Source: Tubiluchus corallicola
Taxonomy: Eukaryota > Animalia > Priapulida
Assembly: GCA_030141605.1 (NCBI GenBank)
Contig: JAQGDQ010001784.1
Location: 1 to 25,619 of the forward strand
DNA: 25,619 nucleotides
Direction of reading: 5' to 3'
Positions 20,260 to 25,619 of the stretch are shown here, piece by piece. Under the pieces are notes generated by a model that was not told the DNA's origin, did no database searches, and saw nothing but the letters and a program-made list of their open reading frames with translations. The position numbers and the translations under genes were made by a program. Position 1 is the stretch's first letter. Every line of letters starts with the position of its first letter.

Positions 20260-20810
20260 GTATCGTGGTACATACCGTATCATGAGGTTAGTATCGTGAT
20301 ACACACTGTATTGTGAGAGGTTAATATTGTGATACGTATTGTATCATGACGTTAGTATCGGGATACGTATCGTATTGTGAGGTTAGTATCGTGATCATGA
20401 GGTTAGTATCGTGGTAAGTATCGTATCGTGAGGTTAATATCGTGGTACGTATCGTATTGTGAGTTTAGTATCCTGATCATGAGGTTAGTATCGTGGTACG
20501 TATCGTATCGTGAGGTTAGTACCGTGATACGTATCGTGATATGTATCGTGATACGTATCGTATTGTGATGTTAGTATCGTGGTACGTATCATATCGTGAG
20601 GTTAGTATCGTGATACGTATTGTATCGTGAGGTTAGTATCGTGATACGTATCGTATTGTGAGTTTAGTATCGTGATCATGAGGTTAGTATCGTGGTACGT
20701 ATCGTATCGTGAGGTTAGTATCGTGATCATGAGGTTAGTATCGTGGTATGTATCGTATCGTGAGGTTAGTATCGTGATCATGAGGTTAGTATCGTGATAT
20801 GTATCGTACC
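20260..20810. repeat. ~31-bp (and shorter ~20-bp variant) tandem repeat of GTATCGTGATAC motifs
   Basis: Unit gaggttagtatcgtg(a/g)tacgtatcgtatcgt; an expanded subterminal repeat of the enclosing element. Confidence 0.88.
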
Positions 20811-20986
20811 ATGACTTAGGTGTATTGTTAAAGCCTTACCGTTTTTATATTTATTGAAGACTAAAAGTATCGTACTTTCCACCAAACAGTGTATTAATGG
20901 GTGAGTAGTGCTGCTGGTTATATTCATAATTATTTAGAACATATGTTCAGGCCGTATAAAAAAAGAATTATGTATATGTCAGTGCA

Positions 20987-21289
20987 ATGTATAGCGTTAA
21001 AGTAAATGAGCTCCATAGAATTAAAACATCTCGGTTACGCCTCTCCTCACATAACCTAGCTATTGAGACTGGAAGATGGGCAAGGATAAAAAGAGAGGAC
21101 AGGCTATGCTCCTGTTCTGGCTTAAACATTCAAACAGAAGAGCATGTTATCTGTTCTTGTCCACTTACTAATCACCTTCGTGAATATAACACTGAACTGA
21201 GCTTCAACGATTTGCATGAATTTTTCAATGGAAACCCAATGTCATATTGTGAATTTGTAAATAATTCTTTAGCCGTTTTTGGACAGTAA
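20987..21289 (+). mobile_element. Non-LTR retrotransposon ORF2 C-terminal remnant (RTEX-like)
   Basis: RLRLSSHNLAIETGRW..IKREDRLCSC....IQTEEHVICSCPLT is the typical S.H.L.IETGR...R.C..C...E.H....C zinc-knuckle terminus. No RT domain upstream. Confidence 0.8.
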
Positions 21290-21447
21290 TTATCACATTA
21301 GGCGGTAATAAGTGTGTAGTGAGAGCTTGTAAATAATTCTTCAGTTATTTTTTGATAGTAATGATCATGTTATATGATCAAAAGTCCTTTTTTGTAGTGA
21401 TCTATGGACTGAACCAAAATATCATGTTCGACTATCTCTTAATCAGT

Positions 21448-21449
<2 letters not shown>

Positions 21450-21490
<41 letters not shown>

Positions 21491-21510
21491 TATATATATA
21501 AATATATATA
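21450..21510 (+). repeat. (TA)n microsatellite
   Basis: Direct reading. Confidence 0.95.
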
Positions 21511-21751
21511 CGATAATCGATAACTGTATAATAATTGAGAGACTTGAAGCATAAAAGTACTAAAACAAAGCGTGAAAAAATTTAAAACGTATTACTACTA
21601 ACCAGTGAGAAATAAGCAAATTTTGATTTCAACTGATTTTAAACATTCAGTTTTAAACATTTTCAAAGCATAAAATTTGTTTTTCAAAAAACAATCTCTC
21701 CCTACTCATATCTTTTACAAAACCGAAACAGATTTTTTTGTGGCCGTCCTA

Positions 21752-22708
21752 TACTGATGGGCGCTTAATAGATTAATCGAAATAATCAAGATTGCAAATA
21801 AATAAATGATGAAAATTGATAATATCACGTATAAATAGATATAATCGATGATTGAACAGCAGTTTAGTTAATCGAGAGCAAATATATGTGTTACACACTG
21901 ACTATAAGGTTTTTCAGCACAAATAAATGAAATTCTTGCATTTTCTCATCTTGCTAGCTAGATATTGGTAAGAAAGATGGTTTGTTTCAAGCAAACGAAA
22001 AGAAATTAATTTATATTCATACGATTTAATCGGCATTGATTTTTCCTACTTGGACGCATTTCAATTCTTTTACATTACTTTCTATGGAAATTTTGGTTTC
22101 GTTTAACAACGTTTCGCTTAACGTCGTGTTTTTCTGGAAAGCATTAGCATCGTTAAGCGAGGACTTACTTTATAAAAACCTGAAGATAAGCTGAATCAGC
22201 TTACATATAATGCCAGTATGTCACCTGATAGTGATGGGCGATTAATAGATTAATCGAGATTCCAACCAAGTATAAATTGATATAATCGTCTATTGCACAG
22301 TAAATCGGTTAATTGAGATTGGGGACAAAATATGTTCCACACTGAATAAAAGGTAGTGTTTTAGCATGCAGAATTCTTACACTTTTTCTTCGTTTTTCTC
22401 ACCATACACAATGCACACAGTTGCAAACCACAGTGTTTTAAACCGGGGCTTCTTATGACGCGTGAAGTTGACATAGTAATAGCGTAGTTGATGAATGTAC
22501 GCGTCTATAAAAAATAGTTTGCTAGTACGAAAATGACAGACTACGACACAAGCCATGAAGAAGCTAATAGGTTAGGTTTCAGTGTTGCAATGTTTGAAAA
22601 ATATGTTTATTTGGTACACTAAAAATCGCCAAAAAGATTAATTGTGACATCGAATTACAAGAACAAGATTGTAATCGGATTAGAAAATTTCAAAATCGCA
22701 CATCACTA
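21752..22708. mobile_element. Decayed hAT-like non-autonomous element with duplicated left end
   Basis: Left ends TACTGATGGGCGCTT (21752) and TAGTGATGGGCGATT (22229), one right end AATCGCACATCACTA (22694..22708). Flanks ccgtccta / gtgtccta (6/8) pair the first left end with the right end. Confidence 0.6.
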
Positions 22709-23691
22709 GTGTCCTAGTTGGAGTTGGCCACATTCTGCAGAAGATTGAAAGACTGGAAATCATCAAAACAAAAAGTATTTAATGGTTTCTAATGGAAATA
22801 GGTTTATTCTAACTCGATTTCAGTTCAATGTGCATAAAGATGTTTGTCACTAGTAAAAAATTGAAATTTGATAGTATCAATTTTTAGTATCAATTTAGTA
22901 TCAATTTATCAAGTTGAACGGCGAAGAAAAGTTTCGATGCCTCTGCTAAAAGCTTAACAGAAATATTTTGCAAAAGCTTCATGATAAGCCTTTTCACAGT
23001 TCCAGCGATTGATGATGATCATGAAAACGTCAAAGGTTAAGTGTACCAGACAACGCATTTGTGTACGCTTGACAACACCTTGCAGCTCATGCTGTTGTAA
23101 TAGTAACAGTTTTAACAGCTAGCTAGAAAATTACGTAGTTCATTTTTCTTGTTCCCAAGCAAGATTCTGCTAGTAGATCACTCTGCGTACAGGCTAATGA
23201 GTAGTTAAGTAAAGTCCACGTAACTGAACTGATTCGGTGGATGGCTTTGCTTTACCACATGTCACGTAATGGTTGTAGTTAAGACGCATTGCTATGGCAC
23301 ACTTAATCTTTGGCCTACAGCTACTGTGCGAGCACACAATGAAATTGTGAAAAAAACTGTTCCAATTAATTTTACAACCCACTACAAAAATTTTTACCCT
23401 TTGACTTTAAATATAATTTTAGCATTGAATATATGTTATTTTAATATGTTGTGTGCATACAGCAATACACTACGTTAAGACTATTTGTGACAACTGAATT
23501 GTCGGGCGCCACAAGCACAGACACCACATTGGGTTAGCCCGCCTGTGGTAGATGGGCTGGTCCAAGTAGCGTGCCATGTACGTAGGCCGCCTAAGTAGCC
23601 GAAATTGTTAAAATCCAAGATGTAAAGTTAAAAGAGAGAATGAAATTACCAGTGTGGTTAGTGGGTGGCCCAAGTACCGCACTGGGTCTTC

Positions 23692-24345
23692 GCAAGATTA
23701 GCGGATGCGCTTTAGCACAACTGCGGTACTTGGGCCACCCATGAACCACGCTGGTTCTCCGTAAGATTAGCGGATGCACTTTAGCACAACTGCGGTACTT
23801 GGGCTGCCCATGAACCACGCTGGTTCTCCGTAAGATTAGCGGATGCACTTTAGCACAACTGCGGTACTTGGGCTGCCCATGAACCACGCTGGTTCTCCGT
23901 AAGATTAGCGGATGCACTTTAGCACAACTGCGGTACTTGGGCTGCCCATGAACCACGCTGGTTCTCCGTAAGATTAGCGGATGCACTTTAGCACAACTGC
24001 GGTACTTGGGCTGCCCATGAACCACGCTGGTTCTCCGCAAGATTAGCGGATGCGCTTTAGCACAACTGCGGTACTTGGGCTGCCCGTGAACCACACTGGT
24101 TCTCCGCAAGATTAGCGGATGCGCTTTAGCACAACTGCGGTACTTGGGTTGCCCATGAACCACGCTGGTTCTTCCCAAGATTAGCGGATGCACTTTAGCA
24201 CAACTGCGGTACTTGGGCTGCCCATGAACCACACTGGTTTTCTGCAAGATTAGCGGATGCGCTTTAGCACAACTGCGGTACTTGAGCTGCCCATGAACCA
24301 CGTTGGTTATCCGCAAGATTAGCGGAAGCACTTTAGCACAAGTGG
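23692..24345. repeat. 69-bp GC-rich minisatellite, ~9.5 copies
   Basis: Unit gtaagattagcggatgcactttagcacaactgcggtacttgggctgcccatgaaccacgctggttctcc. Confidence 0.95.
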
Positions 24346-24700
24346 TGTACACGGGCTAGTGCATTAGATGGCGCTCTACCATCAAGACCATAAAGTACTT
24401 ACACTCATTACTGTTGCATATTTACTTTGTTGAACCATTGTGGCACATAAGCTTTGGCTCATTTTGTCAGTCTATCTTATGATAATTATTAGTTTAGTTA
24501 GTTAACTGTTTATTGCATATTTTTGATTTGGGTAATATGCGATATTTTTGATTTGAACAATCTGGGAATTCTTTAAAAAAGAACCACCTAAACTGCAAGA
24601 TATCCAATAACAGACCTGGTAATTCTTATCAAATTGTCATCATGAAGAATGTGATATTGGCCATCAATATTAAATTTTGGTTCCCTGTCTTAACAGTACA

Positions 24701-25221
24701 ATTTACTTCATTAGCTATATGGGACCAGTCCTATGGAACAGACTAAGCCGCAATTCGAAATGTAGTCACTCCCTTTTAACTTTTAAAAAAACCGTCAGAA
24801 AAGAAATATTTCAAAAGTATTAAGAGTAACACAATTTGATAATGGTAATAACCTGCATTTCTTCCTACAGTAATCTTAATAAAACGTGACTATGTTTAAC
24901 AGGATACCGAACACTTTGTAACCATGATCACAGTTTCTTTTAGTTCTCGCTCCATTTCATCTTTCATTCAATACTCCCCCCCCCCATTTTTTTAAGATTT
25001 CCACATACAGTTTGGCCTGTCAAGCTATGCTTTTAGGCTCAAACTGTATGCATCAAAATTATTCTGTAATGAAATTTGCACATGTATATCCCGCATTCTG
25101 TAATTTCTCGATAATACTGCATTTATTCATATTTATATTTACTTAAATGAAAAATTATCTGTATTTTAATGATAATTGTAAGATGCAATGTGGAAAATGA
25201 ATAAACTCTTGAACTCTTGAA
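24701..25221 (+). mobile_element. 5'-truncated L2/Crack-like LINE 3' end
   Basis: Manual translation gives IYFISYMGPVLWNRLSRNSKCSHSLLTFKKTVRKEIFQKY* (stop 24821..24823). The 3'UTR has a stem-loop catacagtttggcct...aggctcaaactgtatg (~25004..25050), then AATAAA followed by a ctcttgaa x2 tail. It may extend further 5' in decayed form. Confidence 0.78.
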
Positions 25222-25619
25222 TTAGATACATTAGTTTTATTATTATCGATTTATTGACGGTGTACAATAGCCATAAACTTGATATAAATGAAGAATATAG
25301 AACTACAAAAAACCCTCAAATATGCGAAATTTTGGCTAAAATCTCTTACAAGCTAGAGGCCTAACCAAGTAAGTGCAAAATGCCAATTCAATAAAAGAAA
25401 TTCACCTTTAATTTCGCGCTTCAAACTGAAATGAAAATTAGCTTTTGTTTCATTGAAGTGAAAACAGTAAAGGCGAAATCACTGTGTCGAGTGAACTTTT
25501 AATGTACAGTCCAAACCCAGGCCCGTGAGGCCACTGAGCCTGAGGCGAGTACACAAAGGCATTCGGAGTCAGTATGGGAAACTTTTTGCAGACTGCCAAC
25601 ACGTCAATTCCGTGATTTA

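Larger units (their letters stand above)
19185..20838. mobile_element. Non-autonomous hAT-like element with internal minisatellites
   Basis: Degenerate TIRs TTGGCCTGTAATGATACAC / GTGTATTGTTAAAGCCTTA, 8-bp flanks ccattttt / ccgttttt (7/8), and ATCGTGATAC-type subterminal motifs at both ends. Confidence 0.72.

Noticed and set aside
23591-24352. 253-aa ORF of 23-aa repeats with regularly spaced Cys/His
   Set aside because: Translation of the 69-bp minisatellite; the spacing is not a C2H2 finger and the array's origin is explained by a DNA hairpin.
25516-25619. GC-richer stretch at the window end, possibly an exon or element start
   Set aside because: Too short and truncated to support any call.

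Overview
AT-rich, repeat-dense animal genomic DNA, probably from an invertebrate (inferred from the LINE/MITE types; the species cannot be determined). The only credible protein-coding gene is a full-length YTHDC2 orthologue (R3H, DExH helicase with ankyrin insert, HA2/OB, YTH) at 14085..18377 on the minus strand. It is encoded by one uninterrupted 4.3-kb ORF with a likely 5'UTR splice acceptor just upstream. Its YTH domain appears to lack the second aromatic-cage Trp and is followed by a Trp/Gly-rich tail. The first 7.1 kb is a large, slightly diverged inverted duplication: arms 1..~2155 and ~4924..7109, a ~2.8-kb spacer, and a left arm that probably continues beyond the window. The rest is a mosaic of 5'-truncated LINE 3' ends (CR1-, L2/Crack-, RTE- and RTEX-like), hAT- and Harbinger-like non-autonomous elements, about ten distinct minisatellite arrays, and microsatellites. 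The other ORFs in the track are LINE relics or artefacts of repeats, antisense frames or chance. No CRISPR array or RNA gene is supported. Repeat boundaries are read by eye and are approximate.
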